The notes under the pieces are model-generated. The model ran no database searches. It was not told the DNA's origin and saw only the letters and a program-made list of their open reading frames with translations. The position numbers and the translations under genes are program-made. Shown one piece after another: positions 27,368-37,044 of a DNA stretch of 64,000 nt. Location: assembly GCA_023484515.1 (NCBI GenBank), contig JAMDAY010000001.1, positions 758-64,757 on the forward strand. The letters run 5' to 3'. The number at the start of each line of letters is the position of its first letter. Position 1 is the first letter of the stretch. This stretch comes from Patescibacteria group bacterium. Its GTDB lineage: Bacteria > Patescibacteriota > Doudnabacteria > UBA920.

Positions 27368-28336
27368 TTATTTGAGGAGCAGATTAAACAGCAGGCCGGT
27401 GAAGATTATGCCGGTGCTAACGATAGCGGCAAAGAGCAGGATGAGTTTGGTTTTCATCACTTTTTTCAGAATCATAAATTCAGGTAGCGATAAAGCCGTT
27501 ACGGACATCATAAAAGCTAAAGTCGTTCCCATAGCCACACCTTTTTCAGTTAAGGCAGAAACTAATGGGATAACGCCAGCGGCGTTAGAATATAGCGGGA
27601 TGCCAATTAAAACGGCCAGCGGCACGCCATACCATTTGCTACTGCCAGCAAATCTCGCCAAAAAGTCAGTCGGCACGTAACCGTGTATCCAGGCTCCCAC
27701 GCCAACGCCGATTATGATATACGGCCAAATTTTTTTCAGAATATCCAAGGTGTAGTCCTTGGCGTAAGCGAATCGTTCTATCCAAGACATTTGTGGTAAA
27801 ACCGTATTCGTATTCAAAGAATTTTGGAAGACAAAGGCTTCCACTAAACTCTCGGGGTTTAATTTGCCAATGACAATGCCAGATAAGATGGCAATAACAA
27901 GTCCGCTGACAATATAAATTAAGGCAATTTTCCAGCCGAATAATCCCAAAAGCAGGACTAAAGCCACTTCGTTTATCATTGGCGAGGCGACCAAAAAGGA
28001 AAAAGTCGTGCCCAGCGGCACGCCTGCCTGCACAAAGCCCAGGAAGAGGGGAATGGCCGAGCAGGAACAAAAAGGAGTGAATATTCCCAAAACCGAGGCG
28101 ATGACATTGCCCGTGTATTTGCTTTTGCCTGAAAGTAGCTTGCGGGTTTTCTCCGGCGGCAGGAACGAGCGGATAATCGACACCACGAAAATAATGACCG
28201 TTAAAAGGATAAAAATTTTTAGCGTATCATAAACAAAAAAGTTGACCGCATCGGCTAAAAGGGTTTGTGGGGCAATACGGAAAACAGAATAGGTCAGCCA
28301 GTCGACAAGCAGTTGGAGGGGGTAAAAAATACTCAT
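27368..28336 (-). CDS. Permease of the DUF318/YraQ family (8 TM)
   Basis: Polytopic membrane protein with an internal CSCSAIP motif. It follows a thioredoxin-fold protein and an ArsR regulator, as in the classical permease operon. Confidence 0.7.
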   Translation of the reverse strand: MSIFYPLQLLVDWLTYSVFRIAPQTLLADAVNFFVYDTLKIFILLTVIIFVVSIIRSFLPPEKTRKLLSGKSKYTGNVIASVLGIFTPFCSCSAIPLFLGFVQAGVPLGTTFSFLVASPMINEVALVLLLGLFGWKIALIYIVSGLVIAILSGIVIGKLNPESLVEAFVFQNSLNTNTVLPQMSWIERFAYAKDYTLDILKKIWPYIIIGVGVGAWIHGYVPTDFLARFAGSSKWYGVPLAVLIGIPLYSNAAGVIPLVSALTEKGVAMGTTLAFMMSVTALSLPEFMILKKVMKTKLILLFAAIVSTGIIFTGLLFNLLLK

Positions 28337-28337
28337 T

Positions 28338-28580
28338 TTAGGAAATTTGTTTCTTTATAACCGTTTTAATTTTTTCCACATCAGGCGTAAAACCGACTAA
28401 GGCGGGCTTGCCGTTTATAGCCAAAACAGGACTGGACATTAGGCCCATGTTCAAAATCTGTTGGATATCCTTTACGTATTCCACTTCATCAGCAATATTC
28501 AATTCAGCGGCGGCTTGTTTGGTTATTTCAAACAGTTTTTCGCAGGTCGGGCAACCTGAACCCAAAACTTGGATTTTCAT
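28338..28580 (-). CDS. Redox-active disulfide protein 2 (small thioredoxin-fold protein, CPTC motif)
   Basis: MKIQVLGSGCPTCEKL… in an 80-aa thioredoxin-like fold. Confidence 0.75.
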   Translation of the reverse strand: MKIQVLGSGCPTCEKLFEITKQAAAELNIADEVEYVKDIQQILNMGLMSSPVLAINGKPALVGFTPDVEKIKTVIKKQIS

Positions 28581-28602
28581 AATTTTATGATCGGTTAATT
28601 GT

Positions 28603-28926
28603 TCAAAATAGCTTCATTAGATTGGAAACAATCTTTTTCCCTTTGGCAGTCAGACCGTATTCAATAAATTTTCCGTCTTTTTTGCTGTTTACCAAATCGC
28701 CTCCCATTAAGTCCGCTAAATGGTGGGAAATTAAGGTCTGGGACAATTTGGTATGGGCTGCAATGTCGCAAACGCAGTGAGGAGACTGTTTTAAGAGCAA
28801 TAAGATGTTGAGCCGGGAAGGCACGGAAACCAGTTTTAATAACCGCGCTACCGGCATTACCCGGCTGTCGGGAAAATCTTTATTGACTGCGCATTCTTTG
28901 CAGGTGCAGCGTTGACGTATGAACAT
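28603..28926 (-). CDS. ArsR/SmtB-family metalloregulator with an N-terminal Cys cluster
   Basis: CTCKEC at the N-terminus. HTH and metal site CVCDIAAHTKLSQTLISHHL. Confidence 0.8.
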   Translation of the reverse strand: MFIRQRCTCKECAVNKDFPDSRVMPVARLLKLVSVPSRLNILLLLKQSPHCVCDIAAHTKLSQTLISHHLADLMGGDLVNSKKDGKFIEYGLTAKGKKIVSNLMKLF

Positions 28927-29013
28927 ATATTCATATATTAGCCCAGGTAAAAAAATATGTCAAATTAAAACCGCCTACTAAGCCAGGCGGTTTAAGAAAC
29001 TTTTCGCATTAAT

Positions 29014-29811
29014 TCATATAAACAGCAAAGCTACAAGCGGGGTAATTACGTGAATCACGATATCAGCTGAAAAATGGGCAATAATGGCAGATTCCAGGCC
29101 TTTTTTCCAAAACAACCAGCCGAAAATTATGCCGGGAACGCCGTTAAGGAAGATTGCCCTAAGAATTACCACAGGAGTTATGGCGGTAATGTCTGCCGTA
29201 ATCGGCAAATGGCCCAGGCCAAAAAGAATCGCGGCCAAAATTATTGACAGCCAAATGCCAATATTGGTTGGACGGCCTTCGCGCGTCTTTTTAAATTTCA
29301 TAAAAATCCAGGCGAATAAACTGACCAAAAACAGCCGGCACAGAATTTCTTCCGCTATCCCGCCGTAAAACGACGCTAAAAATCCTTTCCAAGCAGCCGC
29401 TGCCGCCTCGGCTCTTAAAAATTCAACTGACAAATTTCCAAAAGGCACACTTAATAGTATTATTAATAATCCCCCCAATATACCCAAACCAACAGAAAGG
29501 CCAAGAATGGATTTTAAGTACCCGCCCTGCTTTTCCCCCTTTAACCAGCCTTCCAAGACCGGCAGGTTAAAACCAACACGCTTGGATAGAATCAGGCCAA
29601 AAAATATTGCGATAGAAAAGAATACAATAGCCTGGACAAACGCCGCAACAAGCAGGGCCGGGCTGAACAATTCTGACATAGCCGGGATAATCGCGAATTC
29701 ATATGGCAGCACCAAAAACGATGCCACAACGCAAGCGGCAAGCAAAATAAAAAATAATTTCCAATTGATTATGTTTTTCATTATTTTGTTTATTAATTTC
29801 AAAATCGACAT
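29014..29811 (-). CDS. CPBP-family intramembrane metalloprotease (CAAX protease/Abi)
   Basis: EEILCRLFL motif 1, FGLGHL motif 2 and a C-terminal IIAHFSADIV motif. Length 265 aa, multi-TM. Confidence 0.75.
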   Translation of the reverse strand: MSILKLINKIMKNIINWKLFFILLAACVVASFLVLPYEFAIIPAMSELFSPALLVAAFVQAIVFFSIAIFFGLILSKRVGFNLPVLEGWLKGEKQGGYLKSILGLSVGLGILGGLLIILLSVPFGNLSVEFLRAEAAAAAWKGFLASFYGGIAEEILCRLFLVSLFAWIFMKFKKTREGRPTNIGIWLSIILAAILFGLGHLPITADITAITPVVILRAIFLNGVPGIIFGWLFWKKGLESAIIAHFSADIVIHVITPLVALLFI

Positions 29812-29826
29812 TTAAGCCGTAAGGAT

Positions 29827-30456
29827 TTAAAATAAGGTATTGGCCGTGGGCTTGGCTCCGGTAAGAGGAGGAGCGGGCAGGCTTTCCATTAATTCTTGGG
29901 GGTAGGGGTTAAGCATATTTATCAGCAGCAAAGGATTAGTCTCCTCGTCCAGCCACAACCTTTCTTTAAGCGGCGGTAAAACGGCTGGCATGCGGTCGTG
30001 GATTTTTTTAACCAGCAAGTTCGGGGCAATGGTGATAATTGTAAAAGCCGGCTGTCCGGTTGTTTTATCGGTTTGCCAAATTCCGGCAAAGGCAAAAATA
30101 TTTTTGGACTTAAGCCGGAACAAATAGGGAACTTTTTTGCTGGCAATTTGCGCCCATTCGTAAAATCCGTCTGCCGGAATGAGGCATCTCCGCTTATGAA
30201 ATGATTCCATAAAAACCGATTTGGTTTCCAAGCTTTCTTTGCGTGTGTTAATAATGGCGCCCCCGGTTTTTTTCCAGGCAGGCTTAACGCCCCAAAGCGC
30301 CAACTTAACCTCGTCCGGCTCGCTGTTTAAAATAACCGGCAGCATTTGCCCCGGCCTGGCATTGGGCTTCGGGCCTAAATCCGGCCCGTTATAACCGGCG
30401 TTAAACGGGCTCCCTAACTCTTTAAAAGGGTGCAGTATGGAAAATGCGCCGCACAT
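29827..30456 (-). CDS. SOS-response-associated peptidase (SRAP/YedK, abasic-site processing protein)
   Basis: Start taken at MCGAF (Cys2 nucleophile). SRAP-like core …NARPGQ…WGVKPAW…INTRKES…. Confidence 0.7.
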   Translation of the reverse strand: MCGAFSILHPFKELGSPFNAGYNGPDLGPKPNARPGQMLPVILNSEPDEVKLALWGVKPAWKKTGGAIINTRKESLETKSVFMESFHKRRCLIPADGFYEWAQIASKKVPYLFRLKSKNIFAFAGIWQTDKTTGQPAFTIITIAPNLLVKKIHDRMPAVLPPLKERLWLDEETNPLLLINMLNPYPQELMESLPAPPLTGAKPTANTLF

Positions 30457-30648
30457 AATGGAAAAATAGAAAAATGACAAAAATAATAAAATTGACAAAA
30501 CTGTCAAAAGAACTTATCAGTTGCGGCCAAGAATTGCGCCAAAGGCGCTATCATTGGCGTCTGCTTGTAAAGTTGGACAATTTTTCCATTAGAAAGGCAA
30601 AATAATTTTAACTTATTTTACAGGGCTCAATAGACGGTGCGTTTAAGT

Positions 30649-31050
30649 CTATTTGCACGAAGCAGCCTCGCCCAAGCAGATTTTTGCTCCCTTAGTCTGC
30701 AAATCAGCGTATCCTCCGGCGTTGCGTACATTGGTAAAGCTGTTTGCCTGTAATATCTGCAAAGCCTGTCCGGCGCGCACTCCTGTGCGGCAATACAGGG
30801 CAATGGAAGCGTCTTTGGGCAGGTTAGGCAGCTCTCCTTGCTGCATTTTGGCCAGGTCAAAGTGCAGGGCATTATCCAAATGCCCGGCTTGCCATTCCTG
30901 GTCCGTGCGCACGTCTATAAACACTTCCTGCTGCGTGGCGACTCCCTGCACAGCGCCATTGTCCGCAGTCTGCGGCCTGCTTTGCCAGAACATAAAACCC
31001 GCAGTCACGACTACAAGAACCGTTAAAACAATATATATTCGTTTGCTCAT
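30649..31050 (-). CDS. Secreted rhodanese-domain sulfurtransferase
   Basis: Signal peptide, DVRTDQEWQAGHLDNALH, and active-site loop CRTGVRAG. Confidence 0.8.
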   Translation of the reverse strand: MSKRIYIVLTVLVVVTAGFMFWQSRPQTADNGAVQGVATQQEVFIDVRTDQEWQAGHLDNALHFDLAKMQQGELPNLPKDASIALYCRTGVRAGQALQILQANSFTNVRNAGGYADLQTKGAKICLGEAASCK

Positions 31051-31493
31051 ATGTGTAAAATAAAATCTTGATAAAGCAAATTAAGCCTTAATTATATCTT
31101 TTTGCTTCTTCCCTCTCTTCTTTCTGTCTAATCTGTTCTTCCAGCTTGGAAAATTTTAGCAGGGAAAAAACCAGCATGCCGCCGATTACTATGGCGGAAT
31201 TATTTAAAAGCAGCCACAACGCAATAATTATTATGGACAAGACCAGCATGGTATAGGAAGAACTGGACTGGCTGTGTTCAAACAGCTCTTTGACCGTCCG
31301 GTATTTGTCGTTTTTGGAAATGTTTAAAATGTCACCCTTGTTCTTGTTTTTAGGTATGTGTTTTTTATTTAGTTGATAATATTATAGCAAAATAGCGTGT
31401 TTTAAGAAAGCTGGAACACGTAAATAAATTAAAAATCGCCCGTTTGTCCGTTCATTATTAGAACGAATTCGGGCGATTTTTAATTTTTACAAC

Positions 31494-32975
31494 CTAGTCT
31501 TCAATCCCGCCTGTAGAAAGCGTATTCAAATCTTGTTGCTGCACTTGAAGGACATTATTCAGTTTCCAGCCGTGGCGGTTGAATACGGTCATGGAAGTGA
31601 TGCCGTAAAGTTGCCCGTCTTTAACCACATAGACCGTATTGCTAGGCCCTTTTAGCAAGGTACCGTCCGGAAAGGTGGCTGGTGACCCCAAAGTTAAGGA
31701 GATGAACTGTTCCGGCGTAATTTGCCGGATATCGGAAAACTTCTTTTTATGGGCGTAGAAAATATTTTGCGAAGTAAATGGCTGAAGCACGCCTCCCGAT
31801 ACCAAGTAAACCGTAGGGTTGCCGGGGATTTTTACCACAGAACCGTCAGGTAAGCCAGACAGGCTTGGCGGCGTAGTCGTGCCGGCAGGCATGGTCGGAG
31901 GTATTATTATGGTTGAATCGTCGTCACTGCCCTGGCCGATAGGCCGGCCAATGCCATAGTAGGCGCCGTCCAGACTGCTGATATTCCTAATGTTTTCAAA
32001 TTTTTTGCCTTTAGCATGGAAGATGGCGGCCGAAGTAAACGGCCGAAGAACGCAATTAACCACCATATAAACGGTGGGACTGTCCCCAATTTTTACTAAA
32101 ATTCCGTTATGCAAGTCGCAAGTGGTTGCCACCGGCGGCGTGGTGGTGTTAGCCTGGTTGGAAAATGTTATGTTATTGCTGGTAGTTGAAGCCAGGCCGG
32201 AAGCGTTTGCTAGAAGCTGGATGGTTCCCGTAGCGGAAAAAGACAAAGCTGAAAAATTCGCATTTCCGTTGTTATCTATAGCTATGGCATTGTTCAAATA
32301 ACCGGCCGTGGTTGTAGGGCTTACCGGAATAACGGAAAGGGAAACGGTGCGGCCGCTGTCGGAAACGGCTACGTTTCCAAATTGATCCTTTACGCTTAAG
32401 GCAGCGCTAAAGGCGCTATTGGTATTTGCCGTAGCAGGCGGTTGAATGGAAAAAAATAGCTTATTGGCGGCACCAGCTACCTGGGCCAAGGTGCCAAAGC
32501 TGGAAGTGGCATTAAATCCGGCTATTTCACCCGAGCTTAGTAAGATGTTGCCAGCCGGGGCAAGCGGAGTGCCGGATTTGACTTTAACCCGCAAAGGGAT
32601 CGTGGAGCCGATTGTTATACTTCCCGCCGCAGTTGAAGTGGCCGTGACGGTTACGCTAAAATGCGTGCTGTCCGGAAAAGATACTGCACCGGAACCGCTT
32701 AAATTTGTGCCAGCAAAAGCTACGTCTGCCGCAGAAGCGGTATCAAACGCAAAGCCCGAAGGTAAGACCCATACTAGGGTACTGGCAGGAATATCTCCGG
32801 GGGCATTTTCGGAAATGGTAAGCGCCGGCAGGGAAACGGGTGTTCCGTTTACGCTGTCGGAGCTGATATTGGCCGTTATAGGAACGGCTACATTTGCGGC
32901 TAAAGCCGGGCTTTGCAGGCTGAGAGACAGGCCCAAAACCACAGCAAAAACCGCAATAATTCTTTTATGGTTCAT
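31494..32975 (-). CDS. Secreted protein with an Ig-like N-terminal region and three ~50-aa C-terminal repeats
   Basis: Signal peptide MNHKRIIAVFAVVLGLSLSLQSPALA. The C-terminal repeats are …TVYMVVNCVLRPFTSAAIFHAKGKKF…, …TVYLVSGGVLQPFTSQNIFYAHKKKF… and …TVYVVKDGQLYGITSMTVFNRHGWKL…. Confidence 0.6.
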   Translation of the reverse strand: MNHKRIIAVFAVVLGLSLSLQSPALAANVAVPITANISSDSVNGTPVSLPALTISENAPGDIPASTLVWVLPSGFAFDTASAADVAFAGTNLSGSGAVSFPDSTHFSVTVTATSTAAGSITIGSTIPLRVKVKSGTPLAPAGNILLSSGEIAGFNATSSFGTLAQVAGAANKLFFSIQPPATANTNSAFSAALSVKDQFGNVAVSDSGRTVSLSVIPVSPTTTAGYLNNAIAIDNNGNANFSALSFSATGTIQLLANASGLASTTSNNITFSNQANTTTPPVATTCDLHNGILVKIGDSPTVYMVVNCVLRPFTSAAIFHAKGKKFENIRNISSLDGAYYGIGRPIGQGSDDDSTIIIPPTMPAGTTTPPSLSGLPDGSVVKIPGNPTVYLVSGGVLQPFTSQNIFYAHKKKFSDIRQITPEQFISLTLGSPATFPDGTLLKGPSNTVYVVKDGQLYGITSMTVFNRHGWKLNNVLQVQQQDLNTLSTGGIED

Positions 32976-33104
32976 ATTGGTTTCCTTAATTTTTAGTTAT
33001 GTATATATTATATCCTAAAAAACCAGTATTACAAAGTGATTTTTAGGGAATTGTCAAGAAATGCTTTATGTTAAGGCATTAAACGGCAAAGCGCCGGTTT
33101 TTAC

Positions 33105-33133
33105 TTGACGAAAAATAATTTTGGGTATATATT
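33105..33133 (+). promoter_or_regulatory. Candidate sigma70 promoter TTGACG-N17-TATATT for the DUF134-ABC transporter operon
   Basis: The hexamers are read directly from the sequence, about 30 nt upstream of the DUF134 ATG. Confidence 0.4.
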
Positions 33134-33165
33134 CATTACAGATTATAGATAAAAGTTTTTAGATT

Positions 33166-33459
33166 ATGGCCAGGCCTCGGCTTTGTTTTTGTCCGGAGAT
33201 AAAATTTAATCCGCAGATAACCTATTTCAAGCCGCAGGGAATTCCTGTGGCGGTTTTGAAGATAATGGATTTGAGCGTGGAGGAGCTGGAAGCCATGCGG
33301 CTTAAGAATATGGAAGGCTTGGATCAGGAGAAATGCGCAAAAAAGATGCATACGTCCCAAAGCACGTTCCAGCGCATATTGTCATCCGCCTATAAGAAAG
33401 TTACCCAGGCGCTGGTGGAAGGGAAGGCGATAGAAATAGTCCACCATGACACAGATTGA
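33166..33459 (+). CDS. DUF134/UPF0251 predicted DNA-binding protein (sigma-70 region-4-like HTH)
   Basis: LSVEELEAMRLKNMEGLDQEKCAKKMHTSQSTFQRILSSAYKKV matches the DUF134 HTH. Genes of this family commonly precede metal ABC transporters. Confidence 0.7.
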   Translation: MARPRLCFCPEIKFNPQITYFKPQGIPVAVLKIMDLSVEELEAMRLKNMEGLDQEKCAKKMHTSQSTFQRILSSAYKKVTQALVEGKAIEIVHHDTD

Positions 33460-33525
33460 AAGATTGAAAATTTTCAGGCTTGCCAATCTTTCAATCTTTA
33501 AATCTTTAAATTTTTAAATTTTTTT

Positions 33526-34221
33526 ATGTCCCCAACAATCCTGGAAATAAAAAATCTGACCGTGGAGCTGGACAAGGAAAAAATCATAGACAATTTTTCT
33601 TTTTCCGTCCAGCAGGGCGACATTGTAGCCATCTTAGGGCCCAATGGCGCGGGCAAAACCGTGCTGCTTCGCACCCTGCTCGGCTTAATGCCTTTTAGCG
33701 GCCAGGTTTCCTGGCTCAAGCCCTTGCGCAAGGGCTATGTGCCGCAGCGTTTGCCTTTGGTTAAGGGTATTCCCATTACCGTAGCCGAATTTTTCAAGTT
33801 GAAAGGTATTAAAAATTACCAGGAAAGCGAGGAAAGCGTATTACGGTCAGTCGGACTGGAGAAGGGGATATTAAAGCGCCCCATGAACCTGCTGACTCCC
33901 GGGCAGTACCAGCGCACGCTCATGGCCTGGCAGCTAATGTCTAATCCGGAAGTGGTGTTTTTCGACGAGCCCATGGAAGGCATAGACGTATCCGGGCAGC
34001 AGTCAATTTACCGTTTGCTGGAAAAAATCCATTTGGAAAAAAATTTAACAATCTTTCTGGTTTCCCATGACTTGAGCGTGGTTTACCAGTTCGCCAGCAA
34101 AGTCATCTGCCTAAGCCGCAACTTGGTTTGCGCGGGCATGCCCAAAGAAGCCTTAACCGCCGAAATGCTGGGCCAGCTTTACGGCGGAGAAACTAAATTT
34201 TATCAACATCACCATGACTAG
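33526..34221 (+). CDS. Metal (Zn/Mn-type) ABC transporter ATP-binding protein
   Basis: Walker A GPNGAGKT, Walker B/D-loop IFLVSHD. It is followed by an ABC-3 family permease. Confidence 0.85.
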   Translation: MSPTILEIKNLTVELDKEKIIDNFSFSVQQGDIVAILGPNGAGKTVLLRTLLGLMPFSGQVSWLKPLRKGYVPQRLPLVKGIPITVAEFFKLKGIKNYQESEESVLRSVGLEKGILKRPMNLLTPGQYQRTLMAWQLMSNPEVVFFDEPMEGIDVSGQQSIYRLLEKIHLEKNLTIFLVSHDLSVVYQFASKVICLSRNLVCAGMPKEALTAEMLGQLYGGETKFYQHHHD

Positions 34222-34996
34222 CCATTTTTTGTACAGTTTGGTTACGGGCATATTTGTCGGCGGCATTGCCGGTTACTTGGGCACGCTAATGCTTTTGAAA
34301 AAAATGACCGTAGCCGTAGACCCGTTGTCGCATTTTGTGCTGCCGGGAGTCGGCCTGGCAGTGCTTATGTCTTTTGATCCTTCCTTGGGCGCTTTTGCTT
34401 CCATCCTGCTAGGCGTGGTTGCGGTTTGGATTCTGGAAACCAAAACCAAACTGCCGACGGAAACGCTTATTGCCGTGCTGTTTACCGCGGGCGTGGCCAT
34501 TGCCTTATTGATCGCACCCTCGGGAAGTTTGGAGGAAATTTTTACCGGCGACATTTTGCTCATTGGCCCCTGGTCCGCAGGAATTGCGGCGGCCGCTTCC
34601 TTGCTGATCTTTTTCGTTTTGCAAAAAATTTATTCCAAAATCATTTTAATGGAAATTTCCGAAGACCTGGCTAAAATGGAAGGCGTGAATACTAAAAAGT
34701 ACCTTTTAGTGTATTTAATCGCTTTGGCTTTGGTGGTGGCTTTGGAAGTCAAGCTGGTCGGGGGGCTAATGACTGCGGCCTTAGTCGCCGTGCCGGCCGT
34801 CACAGCCAGGCTGTTAAGCCGCAATTTAAGGCAATACGCCGTTTTGGGCATAGTGTTTGGCATTGTTTTTTCCGTTGCCGGAATTTTACTATCCCAGGCC
34901 ATAAGCCAACCGGCCGGCATTTTGATTACCTTGACTGCGGTTACGGTTTTTATGGTTGTGTTTTTGTTGAAATCCCTGGCTTTAAGAAAATCTTAA
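34214..34996 (+). CDS. Metal ABC transporter permease (ABC-3/ZnuB family)
   Basis: Multi-TM product of 260 aa with the ABC-3 signature region. It overlaps the ATPase gene by 8 bp. Confidence 0.8.
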   Translation: MTSHFLYSLVTGIFVGGIAGYLGTLMLLKKMTVAVDPLSHFVLPGVGLAVLMSFDPSLGAFASILLGVVAVWILETKTKLPTETLIAVLFTAGVAIALLIAPSGSLEEIFTGDILLIGPWSAGIAAAASLLIFFVLQKIYSKIILMEISEDLAKMEGVNTKKYLLVYLIALALVVALEVKLVGGLMTAALVAVPAVTARLLSRNLRQYAVLGIVFGIVFSVAGILLSQAISQPAGILITLTAVTVFMVVFLLKSLALRKS

Positions 34997-35124
34997 AATA
35001 GTTATGGGGGTTAGTGTCCAGGATTTATGGAAATTAAACAAATATCAACGATATCAACGGGCACCATTGCGCTGCGCAATGGTGCCCGTTGATTGGATTG
35101 TTTGAATTGTATGACTGCTTGGTG

Positions 35125-35952
35125 TCATTGGTTATCGGGAGTGCCGCTTGCCTGGGTTTGCGTTTGTGCTTGGAATGCGGCTTTTAGCTGGATGCGCGCC
35201 TGTTCCATGGCTGCCTTAAAGTCATCCGCGGCTTTTTTCACGGCCTGGTTTCTGGTTTGGGTTAAGGTTCTGACTTTTCCCCCGCGGTTGTCCAAGTTTT
35301 GTTTGGTTTTTTGCAATTCGGCCTGAGCCGCTCTTAAAGCGTTGTTTAATGCGGTTTTAGCCGTAACCGTATCCTGGCCGGCTTGGCAATCGCTTTGGGC
35401 TTTATTCAAAGCGGTTTGGACAGCGGTTTTGTATTTGCTGGCAGCGTTTTGCAGCAAGGTTTCCCGGTTTGCCGCTTCGGCATCCAGGCCTTTGCGGAAA
35501 GCTTCCATGGCCGCATCAACCGCGGCTTTTCTGGCTGCGGCCGCTGTCCGTACTTGCTGCTGGAATTGGACAATGGCTTGCTTTTGCGCTTCGGTTTGGG
35601 CGCGTTCCAGTAATTGCTGCATTACCGCTTTCGTGGTGGAAGCAGCCTGCTCGCGCGCCTGTTCCATATTTTGGTCGCGTTCCTCACGGCGGTTGTGCAA
35701 CGCATCTTTGGTATTCTGCCTTGCCTGGGTAACCTGCTGGTATTTTTCCGTCAAGCGGTTTTGGGTTGCGGCGCCGGCATTGGCAAGCCTGGTGCAAAAA
35801 GTGTTTTGGATAGTTTTAGGCGCGGTAGTGCTTGCGCTACCCGTCGCGACGGAAGAGTTGGGCCGCTGAACCGCCATGGCGGACGGGGCAAACGCAAGTC
35901 CGGCGCATGCTGCCGCTACGGCCAGCGCCCGTATTTTAGAAATCGTTTTCAT
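35125..35952 (-). CDS. Secreted Ala/Gln-rich helical-repeat protein (GC-rich gene)
   Basis: Signal peptide MKTISKIRALAVAAACAGLAFAPSAMA followed by repetitive A/Q/K-rich heptad-like sequence. Local GC content is clearly higher than in the flanks. Confidence 0.55.
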   Translation of the reverse strand: MKTISKIRALAVAAACAGLAFAPSAMAVQRPNSSVATGSASTTAPKTIQNTFCTRLANAGAATQNRLTEKYQQVTQARQNTKDALHNRREERDQNMEQAREQAASTTKAVMQQLLERAQTEAQKQAIVQFQQQVRTAAAARKAAVDAAMEAFRKGLDAEAANRETLLQNAASKYKTAVQTALNKAQSDCQAGQDTVTAKTALNNALRAAQAELQKTKQNLDNRGGKVRTLTQTRNQAVKKAADDFKAAMEQARIQLKAAFQAQTQTQASGTPDNQ

Positions 35953-36286
35953 TGTATACCTCATTTAGGGAGTTAATTGTATTTGACCCGTTGTTTATGA
36001 TAGAGGTATCGCCATCCTCTTGTGCCGCAATTGTTTGGTCCGGGTCATAGCCTTGGATTACCGCGTCTACAGCCGCATCCACGGCAGCCCCTGCCGTTGG
36101 TGCCTGCTTAATCCGGGTCGCCGCTTCTTCGGCGGCCGGTTGCGCAGCAGGCTGGGTTTGCGATGCCTGGTTTCCCTTGGGCGAAGTGTCTGAAGGCGCG
36201 GAAACGGGATATTTTAAATAAGCCGTTACCGCAACCGCAACAACCGCAACCGCCAAAGGAATTAAAACCTTGGTTTTTTTGCTCAT
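35936..36286 (-). CDS. Small secreted protein (116 aa), Ala/Pro-rich
   Basis: N-terminal TM/signal KVLIPLAVAVVAVAVTAYL. It overlaps the downstream gene start, consistent with an operon. Confidence 0.5.
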   Translation of the reverse strand: MSKKTKVLIPLAVAVVAVAVTAYLKYPVSAPSDTSPKGNQASQTQPAAQPAAEEAATRIKQAPTAGAAVDAAVDAVIQGYDPDQTIAAQEDGDTSIINNGSNTINSLNEVYNENDF

Positions 36287-36600
36287 TTTTGTTAAGTTAA
36301 TTTTATTTTACTTCCAATGAGGCTGTCTAAAAAACTCCATTTGGGCTGCAATTGCAAAATTTCGGCCATTTGGGCCAAAAAATTTTTCCGCTTAGCCTAC
36401 GGCTAAACATCAAAATTTATTTGCCCCAACTGCCTTGAAATTTTGCAATTTCGCCTACAAAGCGAGTTTTCAGACCACCTCAATTACATTATACTCCGGT
36501 TTGCAGATTCGCTCACGGCTGTTATCCACAATTATTATCCGCAAACTATTCTACTTGCCGCAACTGCCATGTTTCCAGCCGGTTTTGACTATCCGGCAAC

Positions 36601-36646
36601 TTGACAAATTTGCGGGTGTAAGGTATCATTCAAACAAACGTTTGAA
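36601..36646 (+). promoter_or_regulatory. Sigma70 promoter TTGACA-N17-TATCAT with an overlapping inverted-repeat operator TTCAAAC-aaac-GTTTGAA
   Basis: The consensus -35, 17-nt spacer and -10 are read directly. The 7-4-7 inverted repeat starts right after the -10, the classical ArsR/SmtB autoregulation position. A second inverted repeat, TTGCAAAATTTC…GAAATTTTGCAA, lies at 36347-36448. Confidence 0.5.
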
Positions 36647-36654
36647 TAATAAGT

Positions 36655-36960
36655 ATGAGGAATTTCCGGACAAAAATCGTAACTAAGGAACTGGCCCAAA
36701 AAGCCAGCATGCTGAGTTTGGCGGGAGAAGAGGCCAGGATCCGCATCTTGTGCGTATTGCTGGAACGCCCCGGTTCCTGCGTGTCGTTTATTTCCGAGCA
36801 GTTAAACATGTCAGTGGCTGCAGTATCCCACCATTTGCAGCTCATGCACAAAGGCGGCTTGCTGCAGGCGCAAAGGCAGGGCAAACAGGTATGTTACCGG
36901 CTAAGGAAAGGAAAATTGATCAGCCATTTAAGGAAGTTTATTTGCCACGAACCAGGGTAA
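36655..36960 (+). CDS. ArsR/SmtB-family transcriptional regulator
   Basis: RIRILCVLLERPGSCVSFISEQLNMSVAAVSHHLQLMHKGGLL winged HTH. Confidence 0.8.
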   Translation: MRNFRTKIVTKELAQKASMLSLAGEEARIRILCVLLERPGSCVSFISEQLNMSVAAVSHHLQLMHKGGLLQAQRQGKQVCYRLRKGKLISHLRKFICHEPG

Positions 36961-37044
36961 GGTTAAGTGTCCTTGAAGGGTCTCTTCAAGGAAGATACAA
37001 CATCAATTTAAATACCTCCGGAATTCCGGAGACAAGGAGAATAT

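Noticed and set aside
30653-31063. Plus-strand ORF overlapping the rhodanese gene
   Set aside because: Antisense to a gene with a signal peptide and an active-site Cys loop. The translation is Cys/Ala-rich junk.
35342-35976. Plus-strand ORFs (35342-35869, 35469-35732, 35614-35976) in the GC-rich segment
   Set aside because: They are opposite to minus-strand genes that have clear signal peptides and operon overlap. The high GC content suppresses stop codons on the antisense strand.
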